Positions 9,645 through 19,021 are shown, counted from the first letter of the stretch. The stretch is DNA of 32,000 nt from Okeania sp. (GCF_035285525.1 NZ_JAYKGW010000005.1:29647-61646), one strand, 5' to 3'. The notes: generated from the letters alone by a model not told the origin. Translations and numbers: made by a program.

Positions 9645-10568
9645 ATGACTGTCGATCAAAAAAATTGGCTCCAATCACTGTTAACCTTAAAAGGCTCCGT
9701 TATACCTCAAATTTGGCAAAGAGTAGTAATTGCAATGATTTTTTCTGCAATAATAACTATCTTTTATAAAAATGGATTTACTTGGATAAATCAATCAGCT
9801 TTAGGTATTTTAATTCCTAGTGTCGTATTGGGTTTATTGTTAGTTTTTAGAACTAATACATCTTATGACAGATTTTGGGAAGGTCGAAAAGTAGTTGGTA
9901 GCACCATAACTTCAAGTCGCTCTTTGTCAAGACAAATATGGGTAAATATTCCTGAAAAAAATCCAACAGATACAGAGGAAAAAAAAGCAGTAATTCAACT
10001 TCTAGTAGGATTTTTAATCGGTACAAAACTACACTTGAGAAGTGAAGCTCTAGATGAAAAACTTCAATCAGTTATTAGCGAACATCAATATTTAGAACTG
10101 AAAGAAGTTAATCATATTCCTTTGAGAATAGCTAAATGGATTGGAGATTATTTCTCTAAACTATATGACCAAAATTATATAGATAGTATTCAGCTTTCTA
10201 CCTATAACCAAACCTTAGATTCTATGGTAAAAGATTTGGGTGTTTGTGAAAGAATTTTAAAGACACCTATCCCACCAGCTTATGCAATACACTTAAAACA
10301 TTTATTATTTCTTTATTGCTTTGCTTTACCTTTTCAATTAGTAGCTCAGTTATCTTGGATGACTATTCCTGCTGTAGGAGTAATTAGTTTTACTCTATTA
10401 GGAATTGAAGAAATAGGAATAGAAATAGAAAATCCTTTTGGTTACGACCCTAATGATTTACCTTTAGATCAGATGTGCGATAAATTATTGTTAGATATAA
10501 AAGAATTATTTACTTCTGACTCTTGTAAAAAATATTCAGTCGATGTAGAAAATTCTCCTTCAAATTAG
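9645..10568 (+). CDS. Bestrophin-family anion channel, paralog 2
   Basis: 307-aa ORF colinear with 8181-9077. It has the same FRTNTSYDRFWEGRK and IENPFGYDPNDLPLD motifs. By eye, roughly four fifths of residues are identical to paralog 1. Confidence 0.87.
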   Translation: MTVDQKNWLQSLLTLKGSVIPQIWQRVVIAMIFSAIITIFYKNGFTWINQSALGILIPSVVLGLLLVFRTNTSYDRFWEGRKVVGSTITSSRSLSRQIWVNIPEKNPTDTEEKKAVIQLLVGFLIGTKLHLRSEALDEKLQSVISEHQYLELKEVNHIPLRIAKWIGDYFSKLYDQNYIDSIQLSTYNQTLDSMVKDLGVCERILKTPIPPAYAIHLKHLLFLYCFALPFQLVAQLSWMTIPAVGVISFTLLGIEEIGIEIENPFGYDPNDLPLDQMCDKLLLDIKELFTSDSCKKYSVDVENSPSN

Positions 10569-10726
10569 GAACCCAGAAACCCGCTTTATCGCAGAAACCG
10601 GGTTCCTCCCGTGTAAGTCCTAAAAATTTTAACCATCAAAAAATACTCTCCACATCGTAAAATTAATTCTAAGCTGGCCTCTAGTGTCAGCAATTTTTTT
10701 TTGATTAGTATTTTCTAGGTTTAACT

Positions 10727-12256
10727 ATGCCATTTTCAAGAGCTAGCGGTATTTTACTTCATCCAACTTCTTTCCCCAGTCCCTTTGGAATTGGTGACTT
10801 AGGCCAAGAAGCATACAATTTTGTCGGTTTTTTGCAAGACAGTGGACAAAAAATTTGGCAAGTTCTCCCTCTAGGGCCAACAGGTTTTGGAAATTCTCCC
10901 TATCAGTGTTATTCAGCCATCGCAGGAAACCCTCTACTTATTAGTCCAGATAAGTTAAAAGACCAAGGATTGCTTTCTGAGGAGGACATCTCTAACATAC
11001 CGGAGTTTCCCAGCGATCGGGTAGATTTTGATTCAGTTGTCCAATTTAAGGGAACTTTGCTGAAAACTGCTTACCAAAACTTTCAAAAAGACGCTTCTGA
11101 AGAACAGCAAGAGGCATTTAAAGAATTTTACACCAGTAAAGCTTTTTGGTTAGATGATTATGCTTTTTTTATGGCTTTGAAAGAAGCTCACGAAGGAGCT
11201 AGTTGGCATACTTGGGATAAAAATATTGCCCATCGTCAACCAGCAGCATTAGCAGAATGGCAAGAACGTCTAGCTGATGAAATTCTATACCATAAATTTC
11301 TACAATTTCTATTCTTTCAGCAATGGGATAAATTAAAAAGTTATGCTAATGAACAAGGAATTGAAATTTTTGGCGACATTCCTATATATGTTTCCCATGA
11401 TAGTTCTGATGTTTGGGCGCATCCAGAAATATTCTCTTTAGATCCAGAAACATACGAAGTATATTTGATGGCTGGCGTTCCCCCAGATTATTTTAGTGAG
11501 GATGGTCAACTATGGGGTAATCCAGTTTATGAATGGGAAAAATTAGAAGAGGACCATTTTCTTTGGTGGGTACAACGCATTCAGTCTATGTTAGATATGG
11601 TTGATCTGATTAGAATTGACCATTTTCGAGGTTTGGCTGCTTATTGGGCAGTACCCCAAGGTGAAACTACAGCTAGAAATGGTGAATGGGTTACAGCTCC
11701 AGGTGAGGCTTTCTTTACTGCTATTAAAGAAAAGTTGGGTACACTACCAATTATTGCTGAAGATTTAGGAGTTATTACTCCTGATGTGGAAGAGTTACGG
11801 GATAAGTTTGAATTTCCCGGTATGAAGATTCTCCATTTTGCTTTTGACTCAGATAGCGATAATCCCTATTTACCCTTTAACTATAATTCTCCTAATTGGG
11901 TGGTTTATACTGGAACTCACGATAATAATACTACTGTGGGCTGGTTCAATAAGCGTTCTGCTGAAGAACAAGAAAGAGTTCATCGTTTTCTCGGTGGTAC
12001 TTGGGGTAATGGCATTCATTGGGATTTAATTCGTTTAGCTATGTCTTCTGTCGCTTGTATGGCAATTTTTCCTCTACAAGATATTTTAGGGTTAGGAGAA
12101 GAGGCTATTATGAATCAGCCTGGTATTCCTGATGGTAACTGGTGTTGGCGCTACCAAGCAGGAGCTTTAACCTCAGAGATAAGCGATCGCCTCAGAGAGG
12201 TTACAGACATTTATGGCCGTACCCCCAAAAATCAAGATGAAAGTAAAGATACATAA
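10727..12256 (+). CDS. malQ: 4-alpha-glucanotransferase (amylomaltase, GH77)
   Basis: 509-aa ORF. It has the canonical N-terminus RASGILLHPTSFPSPFGIGDLG and GH77 blocks (IRIDHFRGL, GDIPIYV, PIIAEDLGVITPDV, VVYTGTHDNNT). Confidence 0.93.
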   Translation: MPFSRASGILLHPTSFPSPFGIGDLGQEAYNFVGFLQDSGQKIWQVLPLGPTGFGNSPYQCYSAIAGNPLLISPDKLKDQGLLSEEDISNIPEFPSDRVDFDSVVQFKGTLLKTAYQNFQKDASEEQQEAFKEFYTSKAFWLDDYAFFMALKEAHEGASWHTWDKNIAHRQPAALAEWQERLADEILYHKFLQFLFFQQWDKLKSYANEQGIEIFGDIPIYVSHDSSDVWAHPEIFSLDPETYEVYLMAGVPPDYFSEDGQLWGNPVYEWEKLEEDHFLWWVQRIQSMLDMVDLIRIDHFRGLAAYWAVPQGETTARNGEWVTAPGEAFFTAIKEKLGTLPIIAEDLGVITPDVEELRDKFEFPGMKILHFAFDSDSDNPYLPFNYNSPNWVVYTGTHDNNTTVGWFNKRSAEEQERVHRFLGGTWGNGIHWDLIRLAMSSVACMAIFPLQDILGLGEEAIMNQPGIPDGNWCWRYQAGALTSEISDRLREVTDIYGRTPKNQDESKDT

Positions 12257-12294
12257 TACTGTTTAATTTTCAGTAGCCTTGTATACTAATTTTC

Positions 12295-12493
12295 GCATTT
12301 CCTCCGGAATGCTGCGCAAACAGCCGTCAGCTATTAGCTATTGGTTTGAGTTTATGATCAAAGCTTTTTCATTTTAGAACGAAAAATTACTACAAAAGCC
12401 AGTTTTTAGGCTTATATTTGTTTAAGTAGTCTCCTTACTTAAGCTTAAGATTTTTATTGCGCTTGAGCTGACAGTTAATAGCTGAACGCTTAC
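12295..12493. mobile_element. ~200-bp MITE-like element (GCATTTCC.CCGGAATGC / CAGCTAT family)
   Basis: Left end GCATTTCCTCCGGAATGCTGCGCAAACAGCCGTCAGCTATTAGC, right end GCGCTTGAGCTGACAGTTAATAGCTGAACGCTTAC. The element at 13539-13718 is the same family in inverted orientation. Confidence 0.55.
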
Positions 12494-12552
12494 ATATTAA
12501 TAGACATCTGCAAAAATCAACAATATCCTATTTAGACTGGGAAATTTAAGCA

Positions 12553-13455
12553 TTATTGAGGAGTAAAAACAACTTCTTTAATTTCACCCACTTTTCCCAG
12601 TTGGATATTTTTTTCTTTACTATCAGATATTAGTATTCCTCCAGCATTACCAGTAAAGAAAACCAGTTGTTTTTGAGCAGACCAAGTTTTCTGAGTACCT
12701 TGAGTTAAAGTTCCTTCAAATGCTAGTTTTCCATCTATCTCTATAGATACCCAAGATTCCTCTTTGGCAACTATATTTACCAAAACAGGTTGTTTTTCCT
12801 CTGTTTTTTCAGGCTTTTGTGCTGTAGTTTTATCTAACAAATCTTTTTGATTTTCTGGTTCAGATTGTTGTTTCTTAGTATTAATAATTTTCTCTTCTTT
12901 CACTAATACATTAGTGTTAATAATTTCCTCTTCTTTCACTAATATATTAGTATTATTAACTTCCTCTTCTTTCACTAATATATTAGTATTATTAATTACA
13001 TAAGATAAGGAACGAACCGACAAAACAATAAGCAATATATACAGTAAGTAAAGATGATATGGCCGTAGGTGAAGTCTTGATAAATTCGGAATAGATTTTT
13101 TCGCAATTTCCTGAGTTTTGACAGTCGGAAATAAATTAGCTAGCTCCTCTCCATCTAACCCTATAGCATCAGCATATCGCTTAATCATACCTTGGATATA
13201 AACCGGCTCTGGCAGTGGTTCTAAATTACCTTCTTCTATCGCTTCTAATAAATTGATTCTAATCATTGTCATTATTGCGACTTTTTCTAAACTGATTGAA
13301 TGTTTATCTCTAAACATTTTTAATTTATTCCCTATATCTTTTAATGCCTGAATTTGTTCTTCTTCAAAAGATAATTCTGGTGTTTGATTAATATCTTGTT
13401 TTAAGGGTAAAGAAAAGCTTTTTTTCAAGTTTTTGATTCCTGTCAAATTCACCAT
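12553..13455 (-). CDS. RodZ-like protein (N-terminal HTH, one TM helix, C-terminal DUF4115)
   Basis: 300-aa ORF. The Xre-type HTH region is ...FRDKHSISLEKVAIMTMIRINLLEAIEEG...YIQGMIKRYADAIGLD, the TM helix is HLYLLYILLIVLSV, and the C-terminal beta domain is ...SWVSIEIDGKLAFEGTL..GTQKTW...VFFTGNAGGILI. Confidence 0.72.
   Translation of the reverse strand: MVNLTGIKNLKKSFSLPLKQDINQTPELSFEEEQIQALKDIGNKLKMFRDKHSISLEKVAIMTMIRINLLEAIEEGNLEPLPEPVYIQGMIKRYADAIGLDGEELANLFPTVKTQEIAKKSIPNLSRLHLRPYHLYLLYILLIVLSVRSLSYVINNTNILVKEEEVNNTNILVKEEEIINTNVLVKEEKIINTKKQQSEPENQKDLLDKTTAQKPEKTEEKQPVLVNIVAKEESWVSIEIDGKLAFEGTLTQGTQKTWSAQKQLVFFTGNAGGILISDSKEKNIQLGKVGEIKEVVFTPQ
12881..12988 (-). repeat. In-frame 36-bp x 3 tandem repeat inside the RodZ-like gene
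   Basis: Units 12881-12916, 12917-12952 and 12953-12988 (TTAATAATTT.CTCTTCTTTCACTAATA.ATTAGT.) encode NNTNILVKEEEV / NNTNILVKEEEI / INTNVLVKEEKI in the linker after the TM helix. Confidence 0.9.
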
Positions 13456-13538
13456 CGCTTTAACTTAATTGTATATAAACTATAGTTTGTCTGGTTGTAA
13501 AAGTTATCTTTTTTGGAAAAAAGTTAGCTACAAATTAC

Positions 13539-13718
13539 TTAAGCATTCAGCCGTCAGCTATCAGCTATTATATTTTGAAGTAAATCTATAATTTTCCAGC
13601 CATATATATGGTTGAAAAGTAGAATTTAAAGGAGTGCTTGCCATTCATTTTATTGCACTTGAGCTGATGGCTAACTGCTAATAGCTGTTGGCGCAGCATT
13701 CCTCAGGAAATGGTTACC
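13539..13718. mobile_element. ~180-bp MITE-like element, inverted copy of the 12295-12493 family
   Basis: TTAAGCATTCAGCCGTCAGCTATCAGCTATTA ... GAGCTGATGGCTAACTGCTAATAGCTGTTGGCGCAGCATTCCTCAGGAAATGGTTACC. The reverse complement of the right end matches the left end of 12295-12493. Confidence 0.55.
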
Positions 13719-14023
13719 AAATTACGTTAGAGTTATTATTTAGGATTGATAATTCCGAAAATACAGCATCTAAACGTTTATGGTTTGTTTTTTGTCTATG
13801 GACATTTATTGACTCCTTCATATATTCATTAATTTATATAAAAGTAAGAGCCTTTAGCTAGCTCGTAGTTAGTTTTTAGCTATTGTATAAATAAATAATA
13901 AATATACACTTCTCGTGGTCAAGATCAGTTTTTTTCTTTTTATTCTCTCTATACTAATCCCTGCTCTAAACTCAATAAATTAATAGCTAATAGGGAGGAA
14001 CTGAATGGTGATCAAGAGAACTT

Positions 14024-14788
14024 TTAGCAGAATTGAGATTTGATAATTTGAGCATTCAAAAAGTCAACTTCAAAATGCTGTAAGGGTCGATAATGGCCAG
14101 TAGGTAAAACTGATTCTCCTGGTAGCTGTAACTTAATTTGGCCAATTGCAGTACGGTGTAGTTTAAGTACAGGATATCCTAATCTTTCTGCAATTCTACG
14201 AATTTGGCGATTTCTGCCTTCGGAAATAATTACTTCCAAAAAAGTTTGAGTGCCATTATATTCTTTTAAAACTTTAACCTGAGCTGGTAAAGTTTTTTTA
14301 CCAGATAAAATAATACCTTGACGCCACAATTCTAATACTGACTCTTGGGGATGACCTTCTACCAATACTTGATAGGTTTTGGGAAGACAATGTTTAGGAT
14401 GAGTTAAAGCATAAGTTACGCGGCCATCATTGGTGAGAAGTAATGCCCCTGTAGAATCTGCATCTAAACGTCCTACGGGATGAATACCTTTTCCATTTCG
14501 CAGTTCTATACTTAAGATATCTAAAACTTTACTACGTTTGCTAGGTTCTGCACAAGTCGAAATTACTCCTATAGGTTTATTTAGCAATAAGTATATATGT
14601 TCTGGCCGATCTTCCGGTTTCACAGACAAACCATCTACTTCGATTTTGTCCAAGTTTGGTATAGCTCTTGCACCTAGTTGGACAACTTGATCATTAACCT
14701 TGACTCGTCCAGCTATAATCATTTGTTCAGCTTGACGTCGGGAGGCTATCCCCCACTGAGATAATATTTTTTGTAATCTTTCACCCAT
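14024..14788 (-). CDS. Pseudouridine synthase, RsuA/RluB family, with N-terminal S4 domain
   Basis: 254-aa ORF. The S4 motif is RLQKILSQWGIASRRQAEQMIIAGRVKVN, the catalytic motif is HPVGRLDADSTGALLLTNDG, and there is a C-terminal GRNRQIRR. Confidence 0.9.
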   Translation of the reverse strand: MGERLQKILSQWGIASRRQAEQMIIAGRVKVNDQVVQLGARAIPNLDKIEVDGLSVKPEDRPEHIYLLLNKPIGVISTCAEPSKRSKVLDILSIELRNGKGIHPVGRLDADSTGALLLTNDGRVTYALTHPKHCLPKTYQVLVEGHPQESVLELWRQGIILSGKKTLPAQVKVLKEYNGTQTFLEVIISEGRNRQIRRIAERLGYPVLKLHRTAIGQIKLQLPGESVLPTGHYRPLQHFEVDFLNAQIIKSQFC

Positions 14789-15086
14789 ATTCTTCTGATA
14801 GCGCCAAAAGTTATTCTGAGTTCATAATAAAAGTAATTTCCTATTTTAGGGAACAGAGAAAATCTCAAAATAATCTGCCTGTTTAAAATGATAGTCTATA
14901 TATTTAGGCAATAGGAGTATTATTTGATATTAGTTTTATATAATTTTAAGGTAGGGAGTAGGGAGTAGTGGTCGTTTTCGGCGCTTGATCCGACATTAAA
15001 CCCTGCGCTAAAAAGCGGAGTTTCCCGAATACTGGGATGGATGGGTTCCCTAACCACATCCAATCAACCAATAGAAGTAGGGAGTC

Positions 15087-15276
15087 GTAAGGACGTTGCA
15101 TAACAAAAATGCGTTTTCCGTTCCGGAATGCTCCGCAAACATGTCGCGCAGTGAAACGTCCGTACAGAGTTAGGATGAATCAGAGTTATAGAATAGTAAG
15201 GACGTTGCATAACAAAAATGCGTTTTCCGTTCCGGAATGCTCCGCAAACGTATCGCGCAGTGAAACGTCCGTACAG
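15087..15276. repeat. Two 81-bp direct repeats (15087-15167 and 15196-15276), each a hairpin element
   Basis: GTAAGGACGTTGCATAACAAAAATGCGTTTTCCGTTCCGGAATGCTCCGCAAAC.T.TCGCGCAGTGAAACGTCCGTACAG occurs twice. The termini GTAAGGACGTT / AAACGTCCGTAC are inverted. The 79-aa ORF 15109..15348 is an artefact of these repeats. Confidence 0.85.
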
Positions 15277-15651
15277 AAGAATTGTCTTTTAATTTTTCTG
15301 TCAAAGGTGAGGCATTTATTGCTAACTTTTTTAACCTTTTTGACCTAAAAGCTGTTACTTTTTCCCGATCTATCTAAAGTTGCTAAAACCATTAGTATGT
15401 TAATGCTTTCATATTTAATCAGCAAAGCAATAATTATTAATTATTTGGTAAAAATTTAAGTCAGCATTTCCTGGGAAATTCTGTGTAAAAAGCTATTAGC
15501 TATTAGTTACAACAGATGCCAGGTATATGAAGTACAGATATTCAGAATTAAATGTTTTTATGCAGGCCGGAAAGCCCTTATGGAGGTCTACCTCATCTCT
15601 AGTGGAGTCGGCTGTATCAACTTTTTAATTACTAATTTAATAGTTTATTTG

Positions 15652-16425
15652 ATGAATAAAAAATCACCAGAATTGCATCAAAATCATAATTTTAATGTTG
15701 TTGAAAGTCAAGATAAAATATCAACTAAAATAAAAAGTAGAATTGTTAGTAAATTTCTCTCTCCTGCCTGCAAATTTTGGTTAAAGTCTCAACTAGAACA
15801 GGTAGAAAAATTAAAGGTTAATATCGAAGGTGGCGATCGCCAAATTCTGACTGGTAAAATTCCTCTAGTTTCTGTTGTTGCTTCTCATGTTATTTTTCAA
15901 GGATTACATTTAACTGAAGTGAATTTGTCTGCTACTGACATTAGGATTAATATTGGTCAAGTTATCAAAGGTAAACCATTAAAAATATTAAAGTCTTTTC
16001 CGATATTTTGTCATATTAAATTGCTAGAATCGGACTTTAATGCTAGTTTGAAATCTCATCTTTTAGTTGAGGCTATTATGGAGTTTTTAACCCCACTATT
16101 AGTGCCTGATTTTATAGAAGTTTTAGAAACACCTATTACTTTACACGATCAGAAAGCTGAAATATCTAGAGGTCATCTAAATTTTTTTGCTAATCTTTTG
16201 TCTCAATTTAATGCTAAAATTCCCTTAAGTTTACATACAGATTTGAAACTTGCTAGTAGCTGTGAATTGTTACTAGAAAATTTTAATCTCTTAGTTTCAC
16301 AAAAGTCTAGTAATTCCTTTTCTGATAATATTAAAGTTGATTTAGGTTCCGATGTTGAATTACAGGAATTAAAATTAGATTCTGGTCAACTTGTTTGTGT
16401 AGGTAAATTAATAGTTAATCCCTAA
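15652..16425 (+). CDS. DUF2993 (LmeA-like) domain protein
   Basis: Pattern recalled for cyanobacterial DUF2993 proteins: ...QLEQVEKLKVNIEGGDRQILTGKIPLVSVVASHVIFQGLHLTEVNLSATDIRINIGQVIKGKPLKIL.... Start placed at ATG 15652 (MNKKSPEL...), though the ORF-track start at 15580 is possible. Confidence 0.68.
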   Translation: MNKKSPELHQNHNFNVVESQDKISTKIKSRIVSKFLSPACKFWLKSQLEQVEKLKVNIEGGDRQILTGKIPLVSVVASHVIFQGLHLTEVNLSATDIRINIGQVIKGKPLKILKSFPIFCHIKLLESDFNASLKSHLLVEAIMEFLTPLLVPDFIEVLETPITLHDQKAEISRGHLNFFANLLSQFNAKIPLSLHTDLKLASSCELLLENFNLLVSQKSSNSFSDNIKVDLGSDVELQELKLDSGQLVCVGKLIVNP

Positions 16426-16459
16426 ATAGGGTTTCCGTATGGAAAGTTTTTTTTGTGGA

Positions 16460-16508
16460 GGTAGGGAGTAGGGAGTAGGGAGTAGGGAGTAGTTAGGAGT
16501 TAAGAGGG
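16460..16508. repeat. Heptamer satellite (AGGGAGT)n, STRR-like
   Basis: GGTAGGGAGTAGGGAGTAGGGAGTAGGGAGTAGTTAGGAGT. The same heptamer is at 14951-14968, and in complementary orientation (CTACTCC, then CTATTTC) at 24130-24176. Confidence 0.9.
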
Positions 16509-16769
16509 ATAGGAGTTACAGAGGAGTTGGTCGGAATGTGGGGGAAGAGTGATTTTTCTATCATAGTCAGCCAAAAATGCTCAATTTTTGATTTTTCACC
16601 GATTTATCGGGAACCGTACCGTACTTCAATAGCCTAAAAATTGGCACTTTTTGACACCTAAAAACCCTGAAACCTTTATATATTAATGCTTCTATATTTA
16701 ATCAGCAAGCCCTAAATAAATTCAACTAAAATGTGATTTCAGTATTTTTTAAATATCAAAAGAAAGATT

Positions 16770-17012
16770 GTAGGGGCGGGTTTTTCAGTCAACTTTCTGG
16801 CAAAATACTAAAGTATAATAAACCCGCCCCATTTCCAGTCAACAGAAAACCAACACCGTAGGGGCGGGTTTTTCAGTCAACTTTCTGGCAAAACACTAAA
16901 GTATAATAAAACCGCCCCATTTCCAGTCAACAGAAAACCAACAGCGTAGGGGCGGGTTTTTCAGTCAACTTTCTGGCAAAACACTAAAGTATAATAAAAC
17001 CGCCCCATTTCA
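16770..17012. repeat. 88-bp tandem repeat, 2.75 copies, each unit a long GC-clamped hairpin
   Basis: Units start at 16770, 16858 and 16946 (GTAGGGGCGGGTTTTTCAGTCAACTTTCTGGCAAAA.ACTAAAGTATAATAAA(C)CCGCCCCATTTCCAGTCAACAGAAAACCAACA.C). GGGGCGGGTTT pairs with AAACCCGCCCC across ~36 nt. Confidence 0.9.
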
Positions 17013-17148
17013 AAGCTATTTATTATTCATTATCAATTAATGAACCACATCTTTCTTAAGATAAAGTTTGACAAAATAGACAGACTATCTATAATATCAT
17101 ATCCAGATAATCACTAATAAAAAAACATCTTCCTTTAAACCTTTATTT

Positions 17149-17197
17149 CCCTTCTGCCTTCCGCCTTCCGCCCTCTGCCTTCTGTCCTTTGCCTTTC
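17149..17197. repeat. Heptamer satellite (CCTTCTG / CCTTCCG)n just beyond the cdsA stop codon
   Basis: CCCTTCTGCCTTCCGCCTTCCGCCCTCTGCCTTCTGTCCTTTGCCTTTC, read directly. Confidence 0.85.
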
Positions 17198-17199
17198 TC

Positions 17200-18081
17200 T
17201 TAATTTAAAACTTTCAGAAGTGGTAAAAGTAAAGTAATAAAATAATAGACAAGAGGTGCAGTAAAAACATAACTGTCAGTGCGGTCAAGAATCCCTCCAT
17301 GTCCAGGTATCAGTTGTCCAGAATCTTTAACACCCGCATCTCGTTTCATCATAGATTCAGTTAAGTCTCCCAGTAGACTAGCAATACCTACTACTAAACC
17401 CAGGAAAGTACCTGTCCAAGGATAAATCGGCCAATCTAAGTACCAAGAACCTATTGTAGCAACTACTACACTACCTAAAACTCCAAATACTGCACCCTCC
17501 ACAGTCTTTTTCGGGCTAATTTCCGAAAGTCTAATTTTACCAAAAAACTTGCCGACAAAATAAGCACCTATATCAGCAGCCCAGATACAACAAAAACCTA
17601 GTAGAGTAAATGTTAAACTCGAAGGCCAACTCAAAGGGTCTATCCATGAAATATACTTGTAATTTTCTAAAGTTATTTGGGATGTTTGTAATTGAGCTTC
17701 CAGTCCAACTCTGAGTCTAATCCAATAACTTGGTAAATATCCACCATAAAATAAACCTAAGATTGATGATGCTATGTCAGCTATAGTTGCTAACTTTGGT
17801 TGAAATAATAGATAAAAACAAATTATAGTTCCTGCTAATGTAAATGTGGCATCTACTAGATTCGGATTTACGGCTGCTACTAATATCATTACTTGACTTA
17901 GTGCTAGAGTAGTTTTGGCTGCTGGTGCAATACCTTTAGCACGAGCTAGTTGAAAATATTCGAGCTGGCCTAGGCAAACTATGACCCCTATGCCTACTGT
18001 AAACCACCAACCTCCAAAAATAATCATTCCCAAAGCTAGGGCGATCGCTACCAATCCACTAATTATTCTAGCCCAAGACAT
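17200..18081 (-). CDS. cdsA: Phosphatidate cytidylyltransferase (CDP-diglyceride synthase)
   Basis: 293-aa polytopic membrane ORF with the CdsA signature SMMKRDAGVKDSGQLIPGHGGILDRTDS near the C-terminus. Confidence 0.9.
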   Translation of the reverse strand: MSWARIISGLVAIALALGMIIFGGWWFTVGIGVIVCLGQLEYFQLARAKGIAPAAKTTLALSQVMILVAAVNPNLVDATFTLAGTIICFYLLFQPKLATIADIASSILGLFYGGYLPSYWIRLRVGLEAQLQTSQITLENYKYISWIDPLSWPSSLTFTLLGFCCIWAADIGAYFVGKFFGKIRLSEISPKKTVEGAVFGVLGSVVVATIGSWYLDWPIYPWTGTFLGLVVGIASLLGDLTESMMKRDAGVKDSGQLIPGHGGILDRTDSYVFTAPLVYYFITLLLPLLKVLN

Positions 18082-18418
18082 AATTTTACTAACTTAAACC
18101 TTATATTATAAACTTGTTTGATCAAAAATTGTGGTGTCGAATTTAATATCCTCATAAATTAACAGCTATAGACTTAACTAAACTTGATAGCTATAGCTGT
18201 TTTTAGTGTGAATGTTACTTCAGAAATACCGCTTCAATTTTTTTCTATTTGTAGATTTTCTTGGGGTCATTTCAGTTATCAGTTATCAGTCGGAATTGTT
18301 TCTTGAACTGAATCATTACTACAACAAACTACTTTTGGTCTGATTGATTCCCCCAAAAAATTTTTATCCATCTTATTAGTTTAGTTAATTTTTGTTTAAC
18401 TTGAAGTTGATGAAGAAA

Positions 18419-19021
18419 TTAATTTATTTTTTCTCCACTCAAAATAAATATAGGATCAATCGCCGCCAAAGTTTGATTTATACCCCTAGTCTCTAGACGA
18501 TTTACTGCTGACTGTACTACCTCTACATTCCTAACTTGTAAATTAGCAAAACTTTCCGAAATAGCATAAAGACTTTCTAGATTAGCAGCAGTAGCAATAA
18601 TTCGACCCTGGGGTAATAATCTTTGCCAAACTTCTTGTAATATAAGTTTGATATAACGACCTCCTTCTACACAGACACGGTTAGGTGAATCAGTCAAACT
18701 ATCAAGACATTCGGGAGCATTACCCTCAACTACTGAGACATTTTCTACTTCAAAGTGATAACAATTTCTCCTAATTAAATTTGCTACTTCTTGGTCTCTT
18801 TCTATAGCAATAACTCGACCTTGAGGACACATCAAGCCAATTTCTACTGGTATGGTTCCTGTTCCTGCACCAATGTCCCATACTACTGAATCTGATTGTA
18901 ATCGTAAATAAGATATTATCAGTAAGCGGACTTCTCGCTTACTCATGGGAATGCCAGGTAAACGTTCAAATAAGTCATCTGGGATACCTGGGGTAACATA
19001 AGGCCAAAATTGGGAAGGCAT
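18419..19021 (-). CDS. cbiT: Precorrin-6Y C5,15-methyltransferase (decarboxylating) subunit CbiT
   Basis: 200-aa ORF. The N-terminus W.YVTPGIPDDLFERLPGIPMSKREVRLL and the SAM motif VWDIGAGTGTIPVE are as I recall for cyanobacterial CbiT. Confidence 0.8.
   Translation of the reverse strand: MPSQFWPYVTPGIPDDLFERLPGIPMSKREVRLLIISYLRLQSDSVVWDIGAGTGTIPVEIGLMCPQGRVIAIERDQEVANLIRRNCYHFEVENVSVVEGNAPECLDSLTDSPNRVCVEGGRYIKLILQEVWQRLLPQGRIIATAANLESLYAISESFANLQVRNVEVVQSAVNRLETRGINQTLAAIDPIFILSGEKIN

Noticed and set aside
11838-12029. 63-aa alternative-frame ORF inside malQ
   Set aside because: Same-strand out-of-frame ORF within a gene whose main frame carries all GH77 motifs.
15109-15348. 79-aa ORF
   Set aside because: It is made of the two 81-bp hairpin repeats, so the peptide repeats itself (...RNAPQTCRAVKRPY... 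/ ...PECSANVSRSETSV...). Repeat artefact.
16770-17012. Possible CRISPR array (also considered for 21145-21453 and 30900-32000)
   Set aside because: In all three regions the whole period is repeated rather than short conserved repeats alternating with unique, similar-length spacers. No cas genes are in the window.
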